DNA from: Mobula birostris
Taxonomy: Eukaryota
Length of the DNA stretch: 64,000 nucleotides
Direction: 5' to 3'
Assembly (NCBI RefSeq): GCF_030028105.1
Contig: NC_092384.1
Span: 13,031,027-13,095,026 of the forward strand
Shown here: positions 24,815 to 35,530 of the stretch, one piece after another
Layout: every line of letters begins with the position of its first letter
How positions within the stretch are numbered: position 1 is the first letter of the stretch
Notes under the pieces: generated by a model
Database searches by the model: none
Told to the model about the DNA's origin: nothing
The model's input: only the letters and a program-made list of their open reading frames with translations
Position numbers and translations under genes: made by a program

Positions 24815-24975
24815 ATACGAAGTAGATCAGGCAGTTTCTATGAATGGAAATGATGAAGGGTCAAGACTGTAAACTTCGGTTGTCCATATCCTTTCATAGG
24901 TGTGCCTCATCTGCTGAGGCCCTCCAGCTCTTTTGTGCATTACTCCAGATTTCTAACATCTGCAGTCTCTTGTAT
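24815..24975. repeat. Penelope-type terminal-repeat remnant
   Basis: TGATGAAGGGTC... and CTGCTGAG.CCCTCCAGC..TTTTGTG...CCAGATTTC.AACATCTGCAG, shared with the other copies. It ends ~30 nt before the C1 acceptor. Confidence 0.5.
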
Positions 24976-25005
24976 CAACATACAATATATGCTTTATATT
25001 TCAGC

Positions 25006-25811
25006 TCCTCCGAATCCATTGCTGCAGTTGAAGGAACTCCTGAACTAATGTGTAAAACTGCTGCGTTTTATCCAAAGAAACTAGAAATCTTCTGGTGGAG
25101 AAATAATGTAGAAATTCTGACCAGAATACAAACCATGATAAACAGAAGTGCGGATGGATTGTTCGGGGCTCTCAGTTTTTTGGAAGTAGTGCATCCTTCC
25201 TGGGGTAAAGACGTTTACATCTGCCTGGTATATTGTAGCTTCCCCAGTGCTGACTTGATAGGAAACCTAGAAACATAGAAAACCTGCAGTACCATGCAGG
25301 CTCTTCGGGCCACAAAGCTCTGCCAACCTTGTCCTTACCTTAGAAATTACCTAGGGTTACCCATAGCCCTCTATTTTTCTGAGCTCCATGTACCTATCTA
25401 GAGTCTGTATCCGCCTCCACTACCGTTGCTGGCAGCCTATTCCACGCACTCCACCACTCTCTGCATAAAAAAAAAAACTTACCCCTGACATCTCCTCTGT
25501 ACCTACTTCCAAGCACCACAAAACTGTGCCCTGTCGTGCTAGCCATTTCAGCCCTGGGCAAAAGCCTCTGACTATCCACACGATCAATGCCTCTCATCAT
25601 CTTCATCTATCAGGTCACCTCTCATCCTCCGTCGCTCCAAGGAGAAAAGGCCAAGTTCACTCAACCTATTCTCATAAGGCATGTCCCCCAATCCAGGCAA
25701 CATCCTTGTAAGTATCCTCTACACCCTTTCTATGGATTTCCACATCCTTTCATGTACTGAGGCAACCAGAACTGAGCACAGTACTCCAAGTCAGCTACGT
25801 CATCGAACAAG
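25006..25811 (+). pseudogene. C1-set exon of copy 1, frameshifted and split by CR1 (25006-25258 plus 25791-25811)
   Basis: Acceptor TATTTCAG. APPNPL, then in a shifted frame AVEGTPELMCKTAAFYPKKLEIFWWRNN...YICLV. After the CR1 insert, TC AGC TAC GTC ATC GAA CAA G|GTATGA (SYVIEQ) matches SYIIKK G|GTAAGG of the intact gene. Confidence 0.88.
25259..25790 (-). mobile_element. 5'-truncated CR1 inserted into the C1 exon
   Basis: Reverse complement of the CR1 3' end seen at 18400-18945 (ORF 25394-25606, [16 protein letters not shown]...). Confidence 0.92.
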
Positions 25812-26522
25812 GTATGACTGGAAGTGTCTGCAGCTGGAATCGGTTGAGTAGATTAAACCTATAATAGAAATTCAGATGGATAGATGCCCACACCGGGAGA
25901 AAATGTATACGTAAGCCGCATTCACAGTGCAACATTCGCTGTGCAAGGCATTGAATTGCGAGTAATCATTCCGAAGCCAATATTGCCAAATGAAGTCCGG
26001 TGGGATGACTTAAAACATTGTATTTGTGTAGAGCATGTAACCTACCAAAATTCAAACACACTTAAAAGTTTTTGCAAGCAAAACTTGTGCCTGGGCCCAT
26101 TAATTCAGTATTTGACAGATAATCAAACGCTGTGAAGTGAGTAGGTGTGGGGTGGGGCTTTAAGAAAAATAATTTAAAAATAATTGTGAAATTAAGTTTA
26201 AAATAATAGGATGGCAATTCCAGGACTTCAATGCATAGCAATTAGTTGTACAGCAGAAGTATTGAATCGGGACTGCTGAAGGCACAGATCATAGAAATGA
26301 AAAAATGTAAGGATCGGGAGTCATGGATTCAGGCAGTGGATTGAGACTTTAAATTACAGTTATTGAATTCCTAGACTGGTTAAAAAATCGTCAGGATGAA
26401 TGGAATTGGATCTAAATTTTCTGTGCGATATTTTCTGAATTCTCGCCCATTTGCTGTGTAGAAAAAGTGCACCTGTCCAGTAATGCATCAGAATAGTCAA
26501 GTCTACAGAAGACAATGACAAG

Positions 26523-27444
26523 TGTCATGTACCCCGTGATGGGAATAAAGTACCAGCAGAGATGGAAAACACTTTGGAGTCCAGTATTGCTATAAACTAA
26601 TAATATTTATTAGTAACTACGCAATACAGTGATATAAATGAAGGTAAATCAAACAGGTTAGCAATGATTATATATATAAGCAAGTATATCAGTAAGTGTG
26701 GAAATATATGTATGAAAAACCAAGCTTCTTTCAGTCTAGGGGTAAAAAGATACAGTCTTACGATGATGAGTAAAATTCAGTTCAGTTCGTGGTCTTTAGT
26801 TGAGTAGTGATGGAGAGAGAGAGGGAGAGATTTGAGTCTTCAGGTGAGCTGACGCCATTGATCTTCTTGCTGTCCTTCGAAATCCTTTAAAAGTCACTGA
26901 CTGTGACTTCAACAAAGGGGACCGGTTTTCTGTTGTGGAGCTATCCCCCAGGTGAGGGTGGACACATGGACAACTCCCCAGCAGTCAACCCCTTTTCCTC
27001 CTTTCCACTGTTAGAGTGACAGATCGATCTGCCTGATCGATCCTCCAAAACCCACTTTTCCTGCGGGCACAACAATACTCATTCAGTGTCCAGAACATGT
27101 GTCTGAGGTCTGTATCATCTGACCTCCTATTTTATCTCACCGTACTGGGTGCCACCTGTCATTCAAATAATCCCTCCTTCCTTTGTCTGTGAAGAAATGC
27201 AAGCAGGCAAACTGTCCTTGAAGACGTATCAACAACCTGCCTTCGGTCACCATAGCAACTTTCGAGCTGCTCGGTGCTGTCTCCAACTCCAAACTCAGTA
27301 GAAATCCAAAGTTACTTCCAGGGCCTTAAACTGACAGTTCAACTGTTAATCTCTCTCTCCCTCTCCCTCTCCCTCTCCCTCTCCCTCTCCCTCTCCCTCT
27401 CTTCAAAAGCACAGTTAATAGGGGCACTTCAGGATCCCCTCACA
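26523..27444 (-). mobile_element. 3' LTR of a Gmr1-like Gypsy element
   Basis: The minus strand runs TGTGAGGGG...ATGACA and is immediately preceded by the polypurine tract GAGGAAGGGGAG (27445-27456). Contains a (CTCTCC)n tract at 27350-27400. Confidence 0.8.
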
Positions 27445-28830
27445 CTCCCCTTCCTCAGAGGAAGGTTCCACACAGGATGGTTTCCAGACATTCAAATGCC
27501 TCCTTGCAAAGGTCATTCCATACAAATCTTTCACTGTTCCCCAGGAGTTTTGTTAGGGGGAGAGCGATGTCAGCAAAGTTCTTACTTAACTTACAATAAT
27601 TCCTAACCATTCCTAAAAACCTTCTTAAAGCTTCCTTGCCCATCAGAACAGGAACTTCAGCAACAGCTTGAACCTTGGCCTGCACAGGAGCCATTTGGCC
27701 CTGGCCTACCACATAACCCAGATATGTAACTGTGGCATGGCCAAACTCACTTCTAGTGAGGTTCACAGTAAGATTGGCCTTGAAAAGTCTGTCAAACTGT
27801 TTTTCTACAGCTGCAATATGCTCTTCCCATGTGTCATTCCAGACCACTAAATCCTTGATATAAACCCCTGTGCTTTCTAACCCTCCAATCACAGAATTGA
27901 TCATTCTTTGAAATGTCCCTGGAGGACTTTCCATCCCGAAGTGTAAAACATTGTACTCATACAGTCTAGATGGTGTCACAAATGCCTAAATCTCTTTAGC
28001 CCTCTCTGTTAAAGGAACACCCCAGTATCCTTTTAACAAGTCAATCTTAACAAGGTATTTAGCCTTCCCCACTCTATCAATACAGTCATCCATTCTCTTT
28101 CCTTGTTCTTTCCTATTTCTAATTTCTTCTTCAACCATTTTACTTTTCTCAAAGTTCGCTCTGTGAAGATGCCGTTTCATAGGCCGGGCTGAATTCATAA
28201 TGACGTGATGCACTACAACTGTGCACCATTTCAAAATGCCAGTTAGTCCTTTTACTTGCTTTTGTGGTTTTGGGTCCAACTGCTGGACCTTATCAGTAAT
28301 ATTTTTCAAAACAATGGAATTCTGACATCTCAGTGAGTCTAGATTCAGTGGGTAAACATGCTTTTCCACTCCTTTATCAGCTTCCATGACTCCATTTTGT
28401 TCCATAACAATTCTCCCAGCTGCAATTCTAGCAAACAAATGTCTTATTTTGACTCGACCATTTTGTAAACTTTCCTTGGCAAAGTCACAAAGCCTACTAA
28501 ATCTTTCCCAGAATTTTAAAACAGAATTAAGCACACTGACACATATTTCTAAATCAGACCATAGTTCTCTAAGTAGGGTCAAAGGTCCTTTTGCCCTGTA
28601 ACTGAATACAAGTTCCAACAAACTACCCTTCACTGCCTTCTGAATCGAATCTCCAACAATAATTAAGAGTAGGGGAACCTCCTCATCTCAATTTTTCCCA
28701 TTTCTCACACAATGTGCTTTAATCATGGACTTAAGAGTTGAGATGAGCCGTTCCAAGCCTCCCTTGGACTCTAGGAAGTTATGGCACAGCTGTCTAGCAT
28801 CCCTCATTGATTCCAGGCTAGTCCGGAATC
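27445..28830 (-). mobile_element. Gmr1-like Gypsy internal region: integrase followed by RT, RNase H absent
   Basis: Minus order: integrase (..GGLERLISTLKSMI..., ELVFSYRAKGPLTLLRE), then RT (DDCIDRVGKAKYLVKIDLLKGYW; FGME..PGTFQRMIN; YIKDLVVW; VTYLGYVVG; LRRFLGMV), then PPT. Confidence 0.88.
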
Positions 28831-28834
28831 TCTA

Positions 28835-29300
28835 CTTCGTCCCAGAATTTTTTATCCGGAGATTATAGCTGCAGCTCTTGCAGCATTCTTGATCGCCAGA
28901 CTTAAATGGCTCCGATCTGACTCTCAGGAGATTCAGGATTTCATTGGTAATCCAAGGCTTCTGATTAGGGAAACCCTAAACGATTTCGTGAGGACACCGT
29001 CATCTGCTATAGGTTTAATAAGGTCGATTACGACCCTGATGTAATCATTCAGGTCCTCAGCTAAGTTCTTGAACGCGGGCTCAAGACAATCCTATAATTG
29101 TCCCCCAGCGACCTGCGACCACCTCTCAGTTGTCTTGATCTCTGGAGCTCTGTCTGTATGCAGGTAGTAGGAGTACAGCCAAATGATCCGACTTGCCAAA
29201 ATGCAGTCTCGGGAGGGAACGATAGGCGTTCCTTATCGCAGTGTAGCTGTGGTCTAGTGTGTTGGGGCTTCTAGTGCAACAGATTACGTGCTGTTGCAAG
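28835..29300 (-). mobile_element. Rex1/L2-type LINE fragment (end of APE and linker)
   Basis: The minus frame reads ..RPHFGKSDHLAVLLLPAYRQ.. and ..FPNQKPWITNEI..LLR... Confidence 0.75.
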
Positions 29301-29370
29301 TTATGTCCTTTTGGTAATCTAACTTTTTTTGTGGCTTCAACGGCTCGCTCAAATGTCTTAAGTGGCTCAG

Positions 29371-29479
29371 AATCTGAACTTGTTTAAAATGTTTTTATCT
29401 TGTTGTGCCCCATAACGATATATTGTGCAATACTCTGTGCATGTTTAATTGTGTTTTACTTTATTCTGACGTGATGGAG
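29371..29479 (+). pseudogene. Probable decayed TM exon of copy 1
   Basis: AG|...|GT exon of 109 nt with phase 1 to 2, like the intact TM exon. Translates ESELV*NVFILLCPITIYCAILCACLIVFYFILT*W(R) and aligns without gaps to IIGCAVGGLVILVLTVILVT (CA, V and IL positions shared). The acceptor is weak and there are two stops. Confidence 0.45.
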
Positions 29480-29974
29480 GTATATATGATTTATTGAAAG
29501 TGGCACAAATTTTCGCATTTTGATTGTGAACCGCGATTTCAAAACCTCAAGTACAAACCTTTGTTCTGATGAGATGAATCATAATGAGCCGAATGGCCTT
29601 CAGCTAATAACACACTACAGATTTATTTGCAAATTGAGATAATACACACAGCGCTAGAAAGTAACTGCAACCACAGTTAGATGGTGACATCATGGAAACT
29701 CCATGTGGGCAGAAATTTCACCACCTTAAGCGAGTAAGTTGCAGTTGTTCACGCTATCGTGTTTGACGCTTAAGTGAAGTTAAGAAAGTTAGTTTAAATA
29801 AATTACTTGTAAAACTACTGAAAAGAAGTATGTGCCTCCGTACTCACAATATATCATTCAAGAACAAATACATATCTGCCATTTTAATATCAGTTAAATA
29901 CCTGTTGAAAATATTCTTATATTTTTCTATGAAAATCAGATAATTGTAATTTGCTGTATTAGACAGGATAAAAA

Positions 29975-30105
29975 TGAATAAACGAAAGATATTCTGCAGC
30001 TGCTGGAAATCCAGAGCAACAGACACAAGTATCCTGGAGGAACTCAGCAGGTCAAGCAGCATCTATGGAAATGAATATGCAGTCGGGCCAAGACTCTTTT
30101 TCAGA
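29975..30105. repeat. Penelope-type terminal-repeat remnant
   Basis: CTGCAG.TGCTGGAAATCCAGAGCAACAGACACAA..CTGGAGGAACTCAGCAGGTCAAGCAGCATCTATGG. Confidence 0.6.
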
Positions 30106-31472
30106 ACTGGAATTGGCAAAATAAAATCAACACCAGGAGAAAAAACTCGCTCTTAATGCGCCGAACTAATGTGTCATGAAAACGACTAGTTGGAAAAATT
30201 ATGTATTATTTTCAGCTGAAGCAGAGAATGGTGTTGCCTCTCTGAACAGAGACCTGGAACGAGGCCAAGAGGTTTGCAATGTTTCCCTTCAAATAAGGAA
30301 GAAAACTTGACTAAAACAAAGTTTATAATTGCAATTTATGGGACCCATATATTTTATCATGGTGCATTTATTTAATACGACATAGTCAAAGAGTATCGGA
30401 AATATTCCACAGAAGAGTCTATGAACAAAATGAGAATTGCAGATTTTTTTGTTCCTTAGGTTGAATGTAGAAATGGTTAGAGCGATAAGGCACGAGAATT
30501 GGGATTTGGGACTATGTATTCATATTTTACTGATGAGCTAATTGGCGACCTTTTGGAGTTTGTTCCAGGATCACGAAGTTTCATTATGTTTATAAATGTC
30601 AAATGCAAATAAGCAAGGCAGTGAAGATACAGAGGTGAGGAGGTGGTGGTTGGGAGCGGATGGAAGCAAATGCCTTAAGTTACAAATTTATAGTCCCAAC
30701 TAACTCAGGGAGCAAATGTGGAAAAATGCCAATTTAAAATTTTCGGTGTTTATGTCGTGGTGAAAGCCCCCTAGCCTACATTTCTTTCTATAGAAGCTGC
30801 CGAACCAATAGATTATTCCCAATGCCTTCTGCATTTACTTTTTCTTCTGTAATAAACAATTGTGTTGATATGTAGTGAGTGGTAACCCAGCAGAGCTCAT
30901 TAGTGGCATTGGTAACATTTCAGAACGATGTTATCTGTAGCAATTCTCCGTATTGGAGATCGTGGAAATATTTGGAGAATTCTATATGACAAGTCTATGT
31001 ATATTTTAAGAGTTTGCCATTATAAGATGATATCTAGGGGGTTGGGATGGCTAAATGACGCGCACAGATAAAACAGAGAGGTAATTTGAGAGACAATTTC
31101 TATTCTTGGCCAGATTGACAAAACATTTCGTAAAGTATTTGAATCATTTAAATTTCAAAGTATGCAAATGTAAATTGTTATTTAAATAATAAAAAACCTT
31201 AAGAATTGTTTCAAACTTCCAACAGATATAAAAGCAAAAGAAGGCCAGGGATGAAGATTGAAAGTTTTAATTTCGGAATTCCCCACTCTCTAATTTTCTT
31301 GCTGGAGTGAATGAAGTGCAAATGAAGAGCCTCGACCCCATTGATGCTGCCTGGCGCACTGAATACCGGTAATGCTTAGTGTGTTGGTTCAGGTTCCAGC
31401 CTCGAAATTCTCTTGTCTCAATTTTATTGCCAATTAGATCGGTTTTGGAAAATACAGTCTTGTCAGTTACTT

Positions 31473-31619
31473 CACCCACGGAATGCTGGAGGAACTCAGC
31501 AGGCCAGGTAGCATCTACGGGGAAAAAAGCGCAGTCGGAGTTTCACCCGAAACGTCGACTGTGCTTCTTTTCCATAGATGCTGCCTGGCCTCCTGAGTTC
31601 CTCCAGCATTTTGTGGGTG
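31473..31619. repeat. Near-perfect ~147-bp palindrome of two head-to-head Penelope-type repeat halves
   Basis: CACCCAC..AATGCTGGAGGAACTCAG...GTTTC-ACCC-GAAAC...CTGAGTTCCTCCAGCATT..GTGGGTG. Confidence 0.85.
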
Positions 31620-32157
31620 TTCCTCGGGTTTACAGCATCTTCATATTTTCTCTTGTTTGTCATTTACTTAATGTTTTATGTTCAGCCCACTAATTGTAGC
31701 GTACCGTCAATCATCTCGATGTTGACGGGAATGCAAATATTCTTATTATTATTTCGTAACAACAGATTTTTGATAAATATTTCAAAGAACTGCAAATCGT
31801 CCATATTTTAATGGCATATCAGGCTATATTCAAAGATTTAAAATGGGGTTAATAATCACAATACTTTGCTTCACAAACAAAAACAATCGGTGTGCAAAAC
31901 GCTCCCGAGTCCCAAAACAGACCCAAAACAGATACTTGTTAGGGTCACTGTCGAGAATTTTAAAACTAATTTGCGGTTACACGTATAAACACTGTCTTCA
32001 TTAAATTCAGCATCCTAAAATCTGGTATGCTTTGTTATCAACGGCGTTTTTTGTTTCTTATCTTGGTTCTTCGTTTGCACATGTCATATCGACCAGGCAG
32101 GATCAGGCTAATTGAAAATCTTTCAATGGCATCGTGTTAACTAATGGGTCAATTAAT

Positions 32158-32445
32158 GGGGGCCACGGTAGCGTAGTGGTTAGCGCCATGTTATTACACC
32201 TCAGGGCATCAGACTTCAGAGTTCAATTCCAACGTCATCTCCAAGGAGATTGTGCGTTCCTCCCCGTAGAATTCGTGGGTTTTCATCGGGTGCTCCGGCT
32301 TCCTCCCACAACCCAAAAATTGGTGATCTGTTGCATGTAAAATGTCGTTGTAAATTGTCCCGTGATTAGACGAGGATTAAATCGGGGATTGCTGGGGCGG
32401 TGCTGCTCAAAGGGCTGGAAACTGGTACTACGCGGTATCCCTAAA
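32158..32445 (+). mobile_element. tRNA-derived SINE (HE1/V-SINE-like)
   Basis: GGCCACGGTAGCGTAGTGGTTAGCG (A box), GAGTTCAATTCC (B box), and the V-SINE-like core GGGTGCTCCGGCTTCCTCCCACA...GTAAATTGTCCCGTG. Confidence 0.8.
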
Positions 32446-33045
32446 TTGATAAAAACTGTAAGATTAATTCATAGAAATGTATTCAAAATTATCCACAGTA
32501 TAAAAAATACAGAACTCTAAAAGGATTATCCTTGCACTTTGAGGAGTACATGCAAAAGTCCAGCTGATAAACAACCGACAATTAGATTACACACAGATGA
32601 CTGAAATAACATTCTGCGCAGCTCTATATTGTATGCCTTGTTTGTGTATGTTTTCATATGTGCTCAGAATCCAAAATCATAATTTATTGCAGTGTTAATT
32701 TATCATAACAACTCTACGTCTTGCAGAATGTAAGACATGTTCAAACCAGTTTAATTGTCCTCATTAGTATGCGATCATAAATGAGATATTAATTGGTTCA
32801 TCATTTTTCCCAAAACAGAACCTGAAGAGGGTAGTTAGTTATTTTCTATCTTCCTTCAAAAGACCAGTCCCATAGAGCGGACGTTTGAAGCTCTTTGTCG
32901 TTTCGCAAATAACAAAATAAGTAACCTTCTGGTAATTGCTGAAGAAAAATTATTCTCAGTTCTCCGATACTGAGGTTTAAACATATTGCACGCTGTATGA
33001 ATTGCCCGTATGTTTTACTCAGAAGCATTGTTTCATTGGAAGTTA

Positions 33046-33690
33046 TAAGACCATATGACATAGGAGCAGAATTAGGCCATTTGGCCCATCGAGTCTGCTC
33101 CGGCATTCAATTATGGCTGATCATTTCTTCTCCTCCTCAACCCCATTTCCTGGCCTTCTTCTATTAACCTTTGATGCCATGTCCATTGAAGAATCTATCA
33201 ATCTCTACATTAAGTACACCGAACGACCTGGCCTCCGCAACTGCACGTGGTAACAAATGCCACAAATTCACCACCTTCTGTTTAAAGAAATTTTTCCACA
33301 TCTCTGTTTCGAATGGACACCTCTCTATCCTGAGGCTGTTCCCTCTTGTCCTAGACTCTTCTGCCATGAGAAACATCAACTCTGTCTAGGCCTTTCAGCA
33401 TTCGAAAAGTTTCAATGAGATCCTGGTCATCCTTCTAAATTGCAGCGAGTACAGACCCAGAACCATACGTTCCTCGTATGATAACCCTTTCATTCCTGGA
33501 ATCACCCTTGTTAACCTCCTCTGGACCCACTCCAGCGCCAGCACAGCTTTTCTAAGATGAGGAACCCAAAACTGTACACAATACTCAAGGTGCCTTATAA
33601 AGCCTCAGCATCACATTCCTGCTCTTTTATTCTAGAGCTCTTGAAATGAATGCTAACATTGCATTTGCCTTCCTCACCACCGACTCAACA
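33046..33690 (-). mobile_element. CR1 LINE 3' end
   Basis: ORF 33164-33379 (EESRTRG.SLRI..CPFETEM.KNFF.QKVVNLW..LP). Tail ATAAGACCATATGACATAGG. Confidence 0.88.
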
Positions 33691-34724
33691 ATTAATCAGG
33701 AGGAAATAAATCGACAATGGGAATTATCATCTTGAATACTCACAGTATTCCTAAGGAAGCAGTGGAGTTCACAAGAGTTCACGAGTTTACAAGAACATAA
33801 GAGAAGTAAGGAGAATTACACATGAGGAAACTGGGGGGAGGACGAGACAGAAATTATCTGGTAAATAACTGAAAAACAGAGAGAGAAAAAGGAAAAGGAA
33901 AATTTTCATAATGTGAAAATGAAGATGGAAGGGGAAGAGGCAGTTTGGGTTCAAGACAACATTGGATGCACTGTTTAGGTGTCTTTAAATATCAACCTAA
34001 TTTTCCTTTAGCAATTAAATGATATGAGTGAACCGTAGAATTGAATTGTATCGGGCTTTACCTCAAACAATACTGTGAAGCATACAAGTGCAATAATGGA
34101 TTTTGACAAAAACGTTCAAGTATGAGTTAGTTATATCTGCAATACATTTGTTGAATCGAAGTCACTACTTTCCTTTGTGGTGCATATTACAAAATAATTC
34201 AAAGAGTTAACTTTGATTGAAATGATACAATATTTCTATTTCAACGTTTTTACCTAGTTGATCGGATTATCTGGCACCTAACACAATCTTAACAGCTACC
34301 ATACGGATCATGTGTGAATATTAAGGTAATAAATTATATTTATGATTTACAGAATTAAGAATCTCAATTCAAATGAACAAAAGAACATTTTCTATGATCG
34401 CTATTATTGAGTCGGTTTACATATGTCATGAAAAAGAAATATGTTCCTCAGACTAAATACTGGGTAGGTGTTATTGCTTCTTTATAATTAACTGAAGCAA
34501 AGTGATTCAATGCCAAATTGATTCTCAGTGTCATATAGGTACCCCGTATGACTAGTCGGACCATACCTATTCATGTATGAAGAAATACCTTCACTGACAC
34601 CTTCCTACTAAGTTGTATGGTTATCTTCAGAATCGAGTGGAGAGTTAATTACATGAGGTAGATTTTTAAACTATTACCTCTGAAGTAGTTGGAAGTAACT
34701 GGGATAAAACACAGTCAAGATGGA

Positions 34725-34751
34725 TAGATAGATAGATAGATAGATAGATAA
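34725..34751. repeat. (GATA)n microsatellite
   Basis: Direct reading: GATAGATAGATAGATAGATAGATAGATA. Confidence 0.9.
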
Positions 34752-34871
34752 GTCCTTTATAGGTCCTTTCCCAAAGGAAATTATGGTGTCACACTACAAC
34801 ATGGTGAGAGGAGATCCAGCCCTAACACCGCCCTCTGCCCAAAACAGAACTATACTCGAAATTCATTATGC

Positions 34872-34883
34872 TATCACGTGATA
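34872..34883. promoter_or_regulatory. Palindromic E-box (TATCACGTGATA) about 100 nt upstream of the start codon
   Basis: Perfect 12-bp palindrome with a CACGTG core. A related ATCACATG lies at the equivalent place upstream of copy 1 (19028-19035). Confidence 0.35.
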
Positions 34884-34981
34884 CCCTTTTGTGGCAATCG
34901 AATGTTTTATACATTTGATGATGAAGTTTTATTTATTCACCGAACCGTTGATTCCAAACTGCAGTTCATTTATATTGGAGT

Positions 34982-35036
34982 ATGTCTGCGGAAATTACAG
35001 TTCGACACATAGTTCTTCTGGGCACAATTTGGCAAG
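34982..35036 (+). CDS. Exon 1 (signal peptide) of intact germline VJ-C1-TM Ig-superfamily receptor
   Basis: ATG...CAA G|GTATTC, 55 nt, phase 1. MSAEITVRHIVLLGTIWQ joins in frame to VVAAVTSG. Confidence 0.75.
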
Positions 35037-35221
35037 GTATTCTTACTTCTGATTATCGATGGCTGTTTTTCGTTATGCTACCTTGATTGCGCACTGCAAG
35101 TTTAATTATAATACATATTCAATTTTTCTCGCTGCCTTTAATTTTAATTCTATATTATGTGTTTCTTTTTTGTCTTTGTCCACAATGTTCGGTTATTGTC
35201 TCTGCCGTGTTTATTTTCTAG

Positions 35222-35530
35222 TAGTCGCTGCTGTAACTTCAGGCAACGTGGATCAATTCCCGAAGGATCTGCACATCTTCCGAGGTGAAAACGTTTCCAT
35301 GTTTTGCAGATTTCCGATATCTCAAGCCATTCGTGATGTTTATTGGTGGAAAGAGGGCGAGAAGAATTTTATAGAAGCAGACACCAGGAAACACTTTAAT
35401 GTAAACAAAGGCAGGGGTACATTTGCTCTGCTGGGTGCGACCGTCACAGATATCGGCACTTACTATTGCCAAGTGCTGCAACAGGACCAATCTGTTGGCA
35501 ATGGAAGTGGCACGCAGTTAACTGTGTTCG
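35222..35530 (+). CDS. Exon 2: V-set Ig domain with J-like G strand
   Basis: Acceptor TTTTCTAG, donor G|GTAAGA, 309 nt, phase 1-1. Canonical Cys, YWW, DxGTYYC and GNGSGTQLTV. Confidence 0.95.

Noticed and set aside
24844-25278. 144-aa ORF as an intact C1 protein
   Set aside because: The N-terminal part is a repeat remnant. The true acceptor at 25006 is out of frame with the C1 core, and the end is CR1 sequence.
30528-30552. CTGATGAGCTAATTGGCGAC as a hammerhead ribozyme
   Set aside because: GAC replaces the required GAAA, and no helix I or III can be formed.
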